Of a stretch of 64,000 nucleotides of DNA, positions 25,112-39,343 are shown in pieces. The position numbers and the translations under genes were made by a program. The stretch is from Microthyrium microscopicum (Eukaryota), in contig MU004230.1 in assembly GCA_010405405.1 (NCBI GenBank), positions 1,956,627-2,020,626 on the forward strand, given 5' to 3'. Position 1 is the first letter of the stretch; the number at the start of each line of letters is the position of its first letter. The notes under the pieces were generated by a model that was not told the DNA's origin, made no database searches, and saw only the letters and a list, made by a program, of their open reading frames with translations.

Positions 25112-26583
25112 TTAAGCAAATATCCGCACATTTTGATCAATGCTTGCTGTTGCAAGCACACATCGTATGGACGTCTTACCACCAGGGTCGTCTTTCTTCA
25201 CACCATTCGTTGCGGCCCCATTCGCGCCATTGGTTTGTGGCTCCCGTACAATACTAGGTGCCCAGCGCATGTCTGCAATGAAATGATCATGGGCACCTGT
25301 AATGGTCTTGACGCATTTGCCTTCCTGTGAAAGATCCCAGCAGCGAATGGTCTTATCCTCAGAGCATGAGAGGAGATATTTGCCGCCAGGGTGAAACACC
25401 AGAGCTCGAATCCAGTTATCATGGCCAACAAGGGTCTTAATCAGTGTCCCTCTACCATCCCAAAGCTTGATGAGCTTGTCGCGACCGGCTGTAGCAGCAA
25501 ATTCTGCTGTACTACTCATGGGTGGAGGCTTCTTCATACCCGCAAGAACAGCGAAATGTTCGTAGGATACCGGTGGTGCTAATGCAGCGCATAAGATTTC
25601 GTGTTCATGCCCGACGAAGACAGCCTTCTGTTCGGAAGTTGTAGAATCCCATAATCTAGCGGTTTGGTCTTTTCCTGCGCTAAAGAGCCAACGTCCGTCC
25701 ACTGATGGAGTGACAGCGCGAACCCAATCGCCATGCCCTCGTATTGTCTTCACACAAAAGCCAGTTGTGACATCCCATATCTTCAAGGTCTTATCTCTAG
25801 ACGCTGATACCAACAAATTTCCTGATGCCGGGCTTCCTGCTGCGCCAGAGGGTATAAATCGGATGGATGATACTGAATGGTCGTGTCCGGGTAATGTTCG
25901 AATGTTCTTGTAGTCGTCACTTGGGTCCCAGAGTTTGATAGTGAGATCAGAACTACAAGAGGCCAGTAAAGTTGCGCCTCGTGGTCCTCCAAAGTCAATA
26001 TCCAAGACGCCTTTGGTATGACCTTTCAGGGTACGTTCCAGCTCGCCAAGTTCCCAATCCCATACTTTAATTGTAGTATCTTCCGATCCGCTCGCGACTG
26101 ATGTGAAAAGAGGGTGAAATGCGACACAAGTGACTGGTAATCTATGCGACGGAAGAACGTGTCGAGCAGGAGAGTGTGGGAGCCAGCTGACTGGATCTTG
26201 GTTTTTGCTTCGAAGTGACGTTGGGGTAGCTGAGTCGAGCTCATTTTGTAGACTTGCGTTTCGAGCTTCGAGTTCGTGTACCTAAGCGCATTAGTCGGAT
26301 ATACTGCAAGTCTAGTCACAATGTAATACCTTTTTCTGTAGGCGCACTACACTGGTCCATTTCTTTTCCAGTAAACTCGAGTATTGTTTCTTTGTGGCAT
26401 CGTCAAATTCGGCAACTCCTTTTTCATCGCGTAGCGCTGCAGCGGCATTGGGAAAGCCGTTTATAGACAGGTAGGATATTATAGATTTGTGCCTGGAGAC
26501 AGTTAGCAATTCTATTCGCGACGCATTCTTGTAGCTTGAGAAACGTACAATTCGTCAGCCTGACGTGGCAGGAGCGAGGACAT
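25112..26583 (-). CDS. PAC1: LIS1 / nuclear distribution protein NudF (LisH + WD40 dynein regulator), 3 exons
   Basis: [20 protein letters not shown] Lis[16 protein letters not shown] coiled coil, then WD40 repeats ([35 protein letters not shown]). Confidence 0.95.
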
Positions 26584-27361
26584 GGTTATGAAGGCAGCAT
26601 CCAGCGTCTGAAAGACCCAAGGACGGCCAGTTATAGGAGAGAGACGCGATCAGAAAAGGAGCGCAAAAGCAGGACTTGTGTGCGTGTGGAAAGTTATGCC
26701 GTTAGAGGAGGTGGCGCTCAATTCGATGTTGGACTGTTGGCGGGCTTGAAAGTGGCGGCGAAGGAGAGCGGGGTGGACGCGAAATGCAGGAGAATAATTC
26801 GGCAGGTTAGAGCGATGGTTCTGCGCAAGATGTGGGATTTGTTTGGAGGAGCGATAATGGGGATTGTTGTAGTGAGGATTGGTATGGTGGTGATGATAAT
26901 AGTGAGAGTGCATATGGTGCAGTGCTGAGTGGATGCAGAAAGGCCCGAGAATGACAGGGTTGTTGCTGCGGGTTGCTCTTTCCCAAAGATTTGTTGTTGT
27001 TCACTTGTTCAGATGTGCCTGCCCTTGTTGGCCATGTGCTCTCCTCTGCACCTGCCTTGCCAGCGTCACCAAAGCGGTTTTTGTTGATGCGCCCCTTCCA
27101 CATTTCGACCAACCTCAAATCTCACAACCCAACTCTGTCCTTCTCCCAAAACATCAACACTCCCTGATCAATACCCTATTTTGACTTCCTATTGTCTCCC
27201 AGAATCCGTCTGTTACCTTGAATATCCGTGTTGGCTTGTCACCTGCACTCCATTTGGTATGTCGCGTCTAAACCCATCCCCTTGCAACCGTTGCTATGGT
27301 CCGACTAACCATCACCATAGACTTGAAGAGACCTTTTAAAAGCCTAAACTGCCTTGTCGAC

Positions 27362-30175
27362 ATGGCTGACGGCGAAGAAGACTTTTCCTCCTTGCCGCTC
27401 TCCGACCGATGGGTCCATAAAGTATGGAAAGTGCGAAAGGAGGCCTACGAAGCGGGCGCAAAAGCTTTTGATGCCGCGCAAAGCGAAAATGACCCCTTAG
27501 TGCGCCAGTTCACCAATGATTCAAGTTTATGGAAAGGCGCTGTTGCCGATTCAAATGTTGCCGCACAACAAGAGGGTCTTGGAGCTCTCATATCCTTCCT
27601 ACAAATCGCTGGCAAAGATGGCTGCGTGAGGTAAGCTGGCCTGCTCACTACTTGTGTTGAAATGCTAAAACTTGATTTCGCAGAACACGAGGATCAACTA
27701 TCGCTCCCATTGTTGAGAAAGGCTTAGCAGCCACTCGACCAGCAGCCAAGCAGAAAGCGCTCGAAGCCATCCTTCTCTACATCGAACTTGACAAAGCTGA
27801 GCCAATCATCGAAGAACTGCTACCATTCATGTCACATAAACAACCAAAAATCATCGCTGCGACCCTTGGCGCCGTTACACAAATATATCACGCCTACGGA
27901 TGTAAAACAGTTGAGCCAAAGGCTGTCCTCAAAATCCTTCCAAAAGTTTTCGGACATGCAGACAAAAATGTTAGAGCAGAGTCACAGAAACTTGCTGTTG
28001 AGTTTTATCGCTGGTTGAAAGAAGCAATGAAGCCACTATTCTGGGGCGATCTCAAGCCTGTGCAACAACAAGACCTCGAGAAGCTATTTGACCAGGTCAA
28101 AGACGAGCCACCACCAAAACAAGAGCGCCTATTACGGTCTCAGCAAGCAAAGGTCGAGCAAGCAGCTGCAACAGGTGGAGGCGAAGAAGACGATGAAGTC
28201 GAAGATGAGGCCGAAGTTGAGATTGATCTCGATTCTGTTTATGAAGCTGTCAATGTTTTTCCAAAGATCCCTAGTGATCTCCAGGAAAGACTGGCATCCT
28301 CGAAATGGAAGGACCGTAAAGAGGGGCTAGAAGATCTCCAAAAAGCCATCAATCATCCGCGAATTGCTGAAGGTCAATTCGACGAAATCCTTAGAGGTCT
28401 TGCGAAATGTATGAAAGATGCCAATATCCAGGTTGTCATAATTGCAGCCAATTGCATAGAGCTTCTTGCGACTGGTCTAAAAAAGAGCTTTTCTAGGTAC
28501 CGTGGAACAGTTATGAGCCCAATCATGGAACGACTCAAGGAGAAGAAACAATCCGTTACTGATGCTCTTGGTGCTGCTCTTGATGCAGTGTTCGCGAGCA
28601 CAAGTCTGAGCGATTGTCTAGAGGACATTCTAGAATGTCTCAAGCACAAAAATCCCCAGGTCAAACTAGAGTCTACCCGGTTCTTAACGCGATGTCTCAA
28701 AACGACCCGAGACGCTCCACAGCCGCCAGAGGTCAAAGCCATTGCGGATGCATCAATCAAGCTTTTGACCGAATCGCAAGAAGTTCAAAGAAACGCTGGT
28801 GCAGAAGTTCTCGGTACCCTTTGGAAAATAATGGGAGATCGGGCTATGGGACCACATCTCAATGATCTTGATGAAATACGGAAAACTAAAATCAAGGAGT
28901 TCTGCGAGGCAGCCGAAGTCAAGGCAAAGGTCAAACCACCAAAGGCAGCACCGCCTCCCAAAGCACCGCCAGGAAAGCGACCGGTTGGAAAGAAACCAGC
29001 AGCAGCCAAAAAGGCAGCCCCTGCTCCCGCTCCGGCGTATGTTGAACCACCGTCCCCTGCTCCAGTACAGACGCCTCGGCCAGCAGCGAGGCCAATTTCG
29101 AAAATTGGTGGTCCCAAGTCTGGTCTTAAGGCACCAGGAGGTCTTCGTCCACCTGGAGGACTTCAAAAGCGTATTCCCGCTCCTGCACTTTCGTCGCCAG
29201 TCCGCAATCTTGTCTCTTCTGACGACGAGCCGGCACCACCACCTCCTAAGCCTATGGCCAATCGTGGCTTGGCTAGTCGTCCGCTTGGAAAACCTGCTGC
29301 TCAACAACAGCCAGAATCATCTATGACAGTTAGTGGTCTCTCCGGACTGAGCTCAGCAGAGCGTGCTGAATTAGAGGAGCTTCGAATGGAGAATGATCGC
29401 CTACGACGAGAAAATGAAATGATCCGACACGAGAAGCAAAAGCTGTCAAGCCAATACGCCGAGCTGGACGACCACAATAAGGAGCTCATTGAGAAACATA
29501 CTCAAGATCATCTGAGCATCAAAGCCAAGGAGGCACAACTCACTCGTGCCCGCAGTGACGCAGAGGCACTTGAGCAACAAGTCCAAAGCCAACAGCGTGA
29601 GATTGAGCGACTCAAGCGGGAGCTTTCTCGTCAGGTACGCGCATCCAGTCCTGCGCCCATGGACTTAGGCGTCGACAATGCTTTCGCCCCAAGCGGTGCC
29701 GAGTCACCTGGCTTGAACAATGGATATGGTGGTTATCGAAATAGTCGTTCGTATGTCACTAGTCCAACGGCCAAGTCCATGGCATCCGGCTTGGGCTTCA
29801 CGAGTGCCGAAGGTAAGGAAAACTTTGCCCCAAGTGAGCATACCCGCCCTCGTACAGTGCGAGAGGTGCTAACGGACATCACAGGAAACGGAATGGGCGC
29901 CTTTGGCACAGGGAGTCCTCGGTCTAGTCGACTAGGCATGCGCACACCAGACTCTGAATTGCCACCTACAACGCGGCCTTCTCAATCATCGAGTTTGAGC
30001 AGTGGTGCTGGTCGAGGCAATGCGGATGGCGAAAGCTGGAAGCGTGCGGCCGAAGTCACACAGAACCTCAAGGCACGGATAGAACAAATGAAGGTACGTA
30101 CAAGTACCTGCATCCCGTGAGCTAGTTGCTAACCATTCTCAGGCTAAACAAGGCCTCTCCTCGCGACCGCGCTAA
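27362..30175 (+). CDS. STU2: XMAP215/Dis1-family microtubule polymerase (Stu2/Alp14/AlpA), two TOG domains, 3 exons
   Basis: TOG1 DRWVHKVWKVRKEAYE, TOG2 LASSKWKDRKEGLE, basic linker, coiled coil, C-terminal ESWKRAAEVTQNLKARIEQMK/AKQGL. Introns about 27631-27683 and 30093-30142. Confidence 0.93.
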
Positions 30176-31650
30176 AATCCATTCCGCTCTACCATCAATC
30201 GCATGTAATTTTATTAATTCGTTCCCCAAGAAGCGTTCGCGAAATCATCATGGCGTTGTTTTTAGCTTTGCTTTTACCAATGTGCGAGCTCGTTTCTGCT
30301 CAACTGCACTGATTCTTGTCATTCTCCTTGTTATTGATGACAGCCAATACCCACTTTAACCGCGATTCTTTGGGCTGGAAGCTTACGGGTATATAGGATG
30401 CTGTGACATGAGCTTCTTCTGATGCTTGGGTAATGAACTGTTGATGACTTGGAGCATTCCTTTTCCGTGTGACCTTGTGCGATAGTCTCTTGTTCACTTT
30501 CTGACTGTGACATTGTGGTCCAAGGCATCTTGCATAATCGCGGAGATTCGCGCGTGAACCATCGTCGCCTTAGCACATGTCTGGGTACAGTGTCATGGTG
30601 ACAATATGTGATACAAGAACGTGCTTTGAAGATAACTTTAATCGAGTAGTCAACAATGATCTTCGTCGATCAACGGGCACTAGGGGATACTACCAATAGT
30701 GTTATTGCACCATAGAATACCAAGATAACGTTCTAAGTCAAGCTCTGAGACGAAGAGGCTTACGGTAATTAAGGTACCATATACGATATTATGAGTACTT
30801 AGCTATTCATCTATTACCCACTACTTTGAATGCTCTTAGTGTAATACATCTTACTACGGACCTGCTATTCGTATGTACTAGTACTAAGCCTGGTACCTGA
30901 AATGATATCTGCCTTGATATAGGAGGACTTTCTGGTCTGTTCAAAATGATAACGGCGATTAAAGGCAATCCGAACTGACTGTCCTTGCTGCGGAGCTTCT
31001 TGTTCGCGTCACACGCAATAAATAGCATCATTTTGATCTTGTAGGACTACATGTCTTGTGTGTTACACCGCGTTAAGCAGTTGCTCGAACTACTTCCCCT
31101 TACAATACCCTAACGTTCAACCACAGTGTGTGACCCTGCACAACCCTTGAGTCAACCTTGAAACTGTCGAGTCCAAAGTGCCCACAGACACTTTATTTGA
31201 GTTCATGTGGGCTGCTTCCAGGGATGAACACAGATATCCATTCAATGCCAATGTTCTTCTGCACTCAAGGAGGTGATAAGATGGAAACACATCGCGCCTA
31301 GATAGCTCAACCCGCTTTCTGCGCCTAAATAGTAGGGTGCGCAATTGCCGAGAAATGCAATTTGTTGGAAGGGGGGTTTATTTTTTAGCTGACAGTACGG
31401 AAAGGCACGTTATCATCTTTCTTTTTAAATAAAGGCGGACGATAGTACGGGTGGGTGCATTTGTGCGAGCCGAGCTTCTTGGGTGCTTCTTGCCTACATT
31501 AATGATTTATCGGATGCGCTTTCTTGGGACGTGGAGCTTTTAGGTCGTTCGTCTCCGTCATTCGTTTCGAGACTTTCTTACTTAATCTCTGTGGGTGCTT
31601 CGTGAAGTTCGTTGACTGATTTCTCGCACTCACTCTTTCGGATTCACATC

Positions 31651-33660
31651 ATGCTTCTTCAAGGTGTGACAATCGGGCTTCTTACGCTCCTTGCCCAGGC
31701 ATCGCCGGCTTCATTGGGCGAGTTTGCTACTTTTGGGGAGATACATAGCGTTCCGGAAGGATGGACTGAAGTTGGTGCTCCAGCGGCGAGCGCTCCTATC
31801 AACTTCCGTGTCGCATTGAATGAAGTACGTTTGCAACTATTTTTATCTCTAGGAAATTATTGACCATTGAACACAGGAGGATCCCACCGCACTTGAGCGA
31901 ACACTGAGAGAAGTGTCAAGTCCAGATAGCCCGAAATACGGCCAACATCTGAAGCGGGAAGAACTCCAGGATATTGTGAAGCCATCTGAAGCCAGCAAAC
32001 GATCAGTTCAACAATGGCTAAAGCGCTCTGGAGTCAAGAATATCGAGGCGCGCGACAACATGATTCATTTCACGGCTACAGCTGAACAAGCCAATGCCAT
32101 GATGAATACCAAATTCCGCATGTACCGACGGGATGGCCAAACCGCAAACAGCATTCGAACAACGAAGGTTGCTCTGCCACGCAGCGTTCTAGAGCATGTC
32201 AAGATGATCCACCCGACTACGTACTTCTCAACAATTCAGATGGAAAAGAGCACAATTGCTACTTCGCGAATTATGTCAAACATTCCAGATGTCGATTTGG
32301 CAGATGAGACTTGCGCACGCACTGTGACACCTACATGTCTGCGAAGGATATACAACATTCCTTCTATTGAAATCAAGGATCCTTCGAAAACTGGAATTCT
32401 TGGAGTTGCTGGGTTCTTGAATCAGTTGGCTCGTCTTTCAGACTTTGCAACTTTCGCGCCGGACTTTGCGCCATGGGCAACCAGCGCAAAGTTTGATGTC
32501 ATCAGCATCGAAGGTGAGACACTGATAAGTTGATGACAGGCCACTACTGACCACATAATAGGAGGTTCCAAGAGCCGGGTCAAGGGAATTGTCGACCAGC
32601 AATCCTCAGCCAGCTCTGAAGAGGCCAATTTGGACGTCCAGTACAGCATCCCAATCAGCTACCCAGTCACCAACAAATTCTATAGCACCGGAGGAAAAGG
32701 TTTCCTCGTTCCAGACGCCGATCAACCAACAGAGGCAAATAATGACAATGAGCCATATCTTGATTTTTTCCAGTACATCGCTAACGCCACTGAGCTGCCA
32801 CACACCATCACCGTGTCTTACGGCGAGAACGAGCAGAGTGTTCCCAAGGATTATGCCTCTACTGTATGCGACTTGATAGGCCAACTTGGTACTCGTGGCA
32901 CAACAGTCATCTTCGCCAGTGGTGACAGCGGTCCCGGTTCCTCATGCAAGACAAACGATGGTAAAAACACTACTCGTTTCCTTCCAAGCTTCCCCGCGGC
33001 GTGCCCGTACGTTACTGCAGTTGGCGGCACCACAGGCGCCCCAGAGCGCGCTGTTGGTCTTTCATCTGGTGGTTTCTCTGACCGCTGGAAGCGTCCATGG
33101 TACCAGGAGAAGCAAGTGACCAGCTACCTTGCAGCTAATGGCCAGAAATGGAGCGGTCTCTACAATGCCGAGGGCCGTGGTTTCCCAGATATTGCTGCGC
33201 AGGCCACCGGCTACGTTGTTATTGACAAAGGTAGCAGACATAGTATTGGTGGAACCAGTGCCTCGGCACCAGTCATTGCAGGAATCGTCGCGTTGTTGAA
33301 TGCGAAGCGCCTACAAGATGGCCAGCCAACGCTTGGTTTCCTGAACCCATGGATCTATCAGTATGGAGATCAGACATTGAACGATATCAAGATTGGAGCT
33401 TCTTCTGGGTGCTCGAAGAACATCTTCAGTCCTTTGGTACCAGGTGCTTCTTGGGCTGCTGTTGCAGGCTGGGGTAAGCATTTTCCATATTAGTAAAAGT
33501 GCTCGTTGGCTAACATTCATTAGACCCCGTTACTGGTATGGGTACACCGAATGTTGGCAAGATGCTGGAATTCCTTCCCAAGAACGCGACGACTGCGCCG
33601 CCAACATATACTCCTCCACCACCACCGGAATCATATGGGCAGTTCAAGGCTGGATCATAG
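31651..33660 (+). CDS. Secreted tripeptidyl-peptidase / sedolisin (peptidase S53), 4 exons
   Basis: Signal peptide, pro-domain SSPDSPKYGQHL, EANLDVQY, SYGENEQ, FASGDSG, GRGFPDIAAQ, catalytic GGTSASAP, W/DPVTGMGTP. Confidence 0.93.
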
Positions 33661-34172
33661 ACGTAAGCGCTGCTTAGTGGGGGTGTTGTACAGTATTGAA
33701 TAGATATCTAGTAAATGAGAATCAGGTATTTATTGGTCAACGCAAAGACATCGAGTAGCAATGCTTGATGCTACAAAGTGCCGTGAATGCCACCGTTGCA
33801 CAGATAGCTTGGGCAAAGTGCTAGTCTCTATAGAGATAGATATAGAATATTTAGAGTAGAGTACCTAAAGTACTAGAGTATAAGATGTTGAAAGAGTCGC
33901 GACAGGTGGAAGTTAGAGATGTGGCGCTAAATACCCCATGTTCATGGCGCCACAACCGTCATCGCTTCCGTTGGGGAAGTTGCCATGTGGAGCTTGGGTC
34001 TAGACAACATCAAAAGTTCAAAACCAAGGTTCCCTCATAGAACACCAAAGAAAGTGCAAGAATTAACATAAAACTAAACCTTTTCCGCCAACAAAATACA
34101 TCTGGAACGCGCCCTTCCAACTCCTGCAACAGCCACATTTAGACTCATTTCCCTAACAAACACCAGCCCACC

Positions 34173-35282
34173 ATGGCCGAAGAAGAAATGGATCCCACGC
34201 TTCTCAGCGTCCTTGAGCAAAAGACACTACGATGGATCTTCGTCGGAGGCAAAGGAGGTGTCGGCAAAACAACAACCTCCTGCTCTCTAGCTATCCAGCT
34301 AGCCAAATACCGAAAGTCTGTGTTGCTTATCTCCACGGATCCCGCACACAACCTCAGTGACGCATTCAACCAAAAGTTTGGCAAGGATGCTCGCCTTATC
34401 AACGGATTCGATAATCTGAGTGCCATGGAGATTGATCCAAATGGCAGTATCCAGGACTTCATATCGAATGCTGGAGAGAGTGGTGAGGATGCCATGGCAC
34501 AACTCGGAGGAATGGGCAATATGATGCAAGATCTGGCGTTTAGTGTATGTTATCACCCACCCCCACAGACAGAGCATCTTTTGATATGTTTAGGTACCTG
34601 GTATCGATGAAGCTGTATCATTTGCAGAGGTTATGAAACAAGTCAAGTCCCTCGCCTACGACGTCGTCATCTTCGACACGGCGCCAACTGGACATACCCT
34701 GCGATTCCTCCAATTCCCAACAGTTTTGGAAAAAGGTCTAGCCAAGCTGTCACAGTTATCTCAGCAGTTTGGTCCAATGATCAACACCTTTATGGGAGCT
34801 AGAGGTGGACTCCCTGGAGGACAGAACTTTGACGAAATTATGCAGCGAATGGAGTCGATACGGGAAACCATCGCAGAAGTCAACACACAATTCAAGAATC
34901 CGGACATGACAACATTTGTCTGTGTCTGCATATCCGAGTTTCTGTCTCTTTATGAGACGGAACGCATGATTCAAGAGCTGAATGGCTTTGAAATAGACAC
35001 CCATGCCATCGTGGTAAACCAGCTACTATTTCCACAGCCGGGCGACCCATGCGATCGGTGCGGCGCGCGGTGGAAGATGCAGAAGAAATACTTGGATCAA
35101 ATCTCGGAACTGTATGAGGACTTCAATGTTGTGAAAATGCCACTTCTTACCGAAGAAGTAAGAGGCAAGGAGAAGCTAGAAAAGTGAGTTTGATGAGTCC
35201 AACCCCCTAGCCCTGACCTCCTCTGACTGATGGCTTTAGATTCAGCGAGATGTTGGTAAAACCATACCAACCACCAACATAA
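34173..35282 (+). CDS. GET3: Tail-anchored protein targeting ATPase Get3/ASNA1, 3 exons
   Basis: [55 protein letters not shown] zinc motif. Confidence 0.97.
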
Positions 35283-36395
35283 CCACGTGTAGGAAGGAGA
35301 ACCAAGTTAATTCTCACTCGCAATAGAGATCGCTATGGGAATAGAGAAAGTTTAGCACGCATACACGACAACTAGCTCTGAGATTTCGATGGCTGTGCAG
35401 ATCAGCAATGAGTCTTGCAATGACAGGAGCTCCTGCGTGAGCTTCACACCTTTACCTGAGAATGTCTACCGTCTTATTATTTATTCTTACTTGTGCGTGT
35501 GATCTAATACTGCTCAGTTCTGGCTTTGTTTTTGAATGACTCGGCATGCGTCTTACAAGTTAATACGGGAGAGCTCCCGTCAATCTTGCCGCCTAGACCC
35601 TTAGCTCTTAGCTCCCGGGGAAATCGGTATATCAATATCCACCGTCGATACTAAGGCCTGGATCATCGACAAGCCAAGGGGGCGGCGGGTTGCAAAGAGT
35701 TGGACATCTCCAGCCCATGAGACTCTAATTCTGCTTTGCATCTGACCAGTCTCCTTACTAGCCAACCTCCATCTGACCATGTACCTTTAAAAGTACCCGT
35801 CAATGGAAACATGACTTTCTAAGTCGACGATGGCAGTAGAGCCGTCAACGTGCTACCTAATACGTGCCTTGTCAATTACTCAGTCTCGATCTTTCAAGGC
35901 CCACATATCTATGATCGACTGATCCCGTACAATCTCTTCGGTCCTTCCCGGGGCTTATTGCGGGCATCACAAAACATCGCTCACGATCTAATCTATATTC
36001 GGCTGCCAATATAACCGAGAGCTCCCCGATTCAACATGGTGGTCCTTGTACGAGACTGGGGGGCTGGTCGTGATCTTCACCAGGGTTTCTCAACACCAAA
36101 AAAACATCGTACATCCTGTCCAATCACGAACAAGACCGTTGGCACAAGGCTGGATCTTTGAATATGCGGGATGCGTTGGAATGCAGGCCGACCACCTCAA
36201 AGTATGTCCCAACCGTCAAAGTTGTGAGAGCAATGACGGCGCCCCTGCGTTAGAAGTGTGTCTGCACACGAGGTGTTTGAGCTGATGGCATTGGATTGCA
36301 GGATGTAGATGGCGCAAATGGGAGCCTTTAAAAGAGCCGTTTCCTAGATTTGATGTTGATCTTTGGATTCGATATATTGCTGTCGACCAGGAAAC

Positions 36396-37540
36396 ATGAC
36401 ACCTACTACTATATTACTATCTATCTTTGCAGGCCTTGCCTATGCTGGCCCATTATTGCGACGAGCTACTGGTACGTGCTCCAGCAGAGCCTCTCGCATG
36501 TCCGATTATGAGGTTCCATTCATACTGACATTCCTAAAGCAATCAGTGCCCAAGCCTACAGCGAAATCGAGCTCGTCGAGCAATGGGCCGCAGCCTCCTA
36601 CTGCCCAGCCAACGACAACGGCACCGCAGGCGCAGAGATAACCTGCTCCGTCGGTAACTGCCCACTCGTCGACACAGCAAACACCGCCATCGTTATCGGC
36701 GTCCCAACGTAAATGCCTACCCTGCCGCCCATCACTTGATCCCTTTTAAAACATCTTGCTGACACTTTCGTGTGATCAGGACAACGCAGGCTGACACTGC
36801 GTGTTTCGTCGCCCTCGACCACACAAACAAGAAGATCGTAAACTCGTACCGTGGAACAGAGAGTTTCCGCAACTACCTCATCGACGCAGACCTCTCCATG
36901 ACAGACCTCAGCGCCATCTGCACCGGCTGCCGTGGATTCAAAGGCATGTACCGGGGATGGACAGATGTAGCCAGCGTAACGCTCGCAGCGATCAAGAGTG
37001 CCAAGCAGAGCTATCCAGACTACACAGTAACCGTTACGGGCCACTCACTAGGGGGCGGCATTGCAACCTTTGCAACCACCATAATCCGCAATGCCGGAAT
37101 TGCAGCCGACATGGTAAGCTACACACCGAACACCAGCAAGATTATTCGAGGAAGACTAACATGAATGAACCAATCAGGTTACCTTTGGAGCACCACGCGT
37201 TGGCAACGAGGCCTATGTTAATTATACTATGGCGCAGACCCCAGCGCTGGGCACAAATTATCGAGTCACGCACACCTTAGATCCTGTGCCCAATGAGCCA
37301 TCTCTTAACAGCGGGTATTTGCACATCTCGCCGAGCTATTTTATTACGGCGGTTGGAACGGCGGCTGTAGGACCCACGGATGTCGAGTATGTGGTGGGGA
37401 CGGATGTTGAGTATGAGTCGGGATCTACTTCGACAGAACAGACTGTTGCCCATGATAACTACATGGGTTTGCCGATCAGTACTTGCTATCCAGTGAACCC
37501 GGATGGCAGCATACCTTATAGTGTTGGAGGTGGTTTTTGA
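36396..37540 (+). CDS. Secreted class 3 lipase / feruloyl-esterase-like alpha/beta hydrolase, 4 exons
   Basis: Signal peptide, QWAAASYC, YRGTES, VTGHSLGGGIA nucleophile elbow, TFGAPRVGN, YRVTHTLDPVP, HDNY. Confidence 0.92.
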
Positions 37541-37994
37541 GTCTGTTGCGGATTTGGGCTGTTGAGGTTTGGTTATTTCATCAAGCGTTAGCGAGTTATC
37601 TTATTTAATGACAAGGTTTTTGCTCCTGGGCTGGCTGTTCAGGAAGTCTACAAATCCGAGAACATCAACGTGTGATATTTGAACCCTCTGTGTACAGTCA
37701 ATTCGATCTCAAAGCATTGGAGCTGGACTTGACAGTCCAGGAATTTGAGCAATTTGGCGATATCCAGGCCTGGTCGGATGGTCCCATGACTGGACAATGT
37801 TATGTTAATGGTCAGCTGCATCCATGGAATTATAGTACGTGGAAAATCAAAACACCATCATCAAGCTCAGGGTTTGACAAAAGTACAATCAGTGGCATTT
37901 TCTGCTACATAATCTGATTCAGTACTTATTGAACCCACCGGGCGCCAACACCGAATGCAATGAAGCTTTTCAAGTTTTACATGGAAGTTGACGC

Positions 37995-38763
37995 CTATTC
38001 ATCGTCTTCATCCTCCTCCTCGGCTTCGACGGTGGTTTGAGCGATACCTGTATCACAAGTGTTAGTTTGAAGATAGTAACCAGCATCCGGAAACTCGTAC
38101 GGTCCAAATCACGCTGTCCTTGGTCAGTGATGCGTCGTCCGCCCTTGTCTTCGTCTTGCTCAAGCACACCGATCTTCTCTAGCGATTGCATGACCTTTCG
38201 GTCAACAGAGCCGGAAGCATCAACGTGATGACTTGGGGCGGATCCACGGTTCTTGGTGCCGCCATGGGCTTTGCGCATACGGCCAACACCGACGGTCTTG
38301 CGAAGGTAGATGTGGCGGGCGACTGCTGCGGCGCGAACGTAGTACCTAACACACTTGTTAATACTGGCTACACTTGAGATATTGAGAGTGCAAAACATAC
38401 CAATCAGGGTTCTGTGGTGGAAGTTCCTTGGCATGTGAAGTTTTTACGGTATCTACCCAAGCTGTTCGCAGACAATTGAACGCAAGTCAGCAAGCTGGCT
38501 CTGACCAATGCATGTCCCCCAGTTACGGGATTCAAACAGCAAGGGAGAAGTGTGTGTACTAACGAGGAATTGGTAGACGGCCTTGTCGCTTCAAGAAGTC
38601 GGCTGCGCGGTATGTAAGTAGGAATCTCGTGCGATATCGAAGGAAGTCAAGTACCATAGGCGTTGATGAACTTGGCAGCCTACAAGTTTGTTAGCAGATG
38701 GTTGAAGGATGAGCGGAAGAGAGAGGAGCGTACATCGACATCTCGAACAGTTACGCCTCCCAT
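37995..38763 (-). CDS. RPS19: 40S ribosomal protein S19 (eS19), several short exons
   Basis: MGGVTVRDVD, WVDTVKTSHAKELPPQNPDW, YYVRAAAVARHIYLRKTVGVG, GGRRITDQGQRDLDR. Confidence 0.96.
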
Positions 38764-39343
38764 GATTGCGGTGTTTGTGGATGGAAGAAAGTTGAAGTGT
38801 AGTAACAAAGTTTGGCGATGGCTTTGGTGGATGATTTGGTGCAAGAAATTCAAAGTGCAATGTGGGTGCACGGACCTCGGAGATACGGCAAACTCCGGGT
38901 TGCGCTTGGGCCAACTATTCTTCAGCCTTATGCCAAATGGTTTAAGATGGCGACATTTAAGCCTACGATTAACAGCTACAAGACATATTTGGTTTTAAAC
39001 AAATTCGAGCGCTCGACAATGAAGATAGAAAGTGCCTCACGGCTTCTGAATCAGATGCTCAGGCTGCCAACGATTTCACCTTGTATGAGAGCCTCAAAGC
39101 TTGCGTTGACGATTAACAAGTCCCAAACTTTGATATGGTAAGTGATGGATTTCTAATCAGTAGTGGCTAGGTGTATATGTATACTCGTGTACAGTGGTGG
39201 TATTGCGGCAGCTGTTGACTACCAATGTTCGATCAACAAGTCGCTCATTACCCTCCACCACTTGAGTTCCCTCCGAGCCAAACCCATTAGCTTATGCCAA
39301 TTGAGATAACGGTCTGCCCAAACCAAACGGGCGATGATATGGC

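Noticed and set aside
26650..26913. His-rich 87-aa ORF upstream of nudF/PAC1
   Set aside because: It arises from CAY/CAA-rich low-complexity leader sequence. It may be a uORF but there is no evidence for a gene.
33820..33890. Short TpA-rich patch resembling a RIP relic
   Set aside because: Too short, with no terminal repeats or partner copy in the window.
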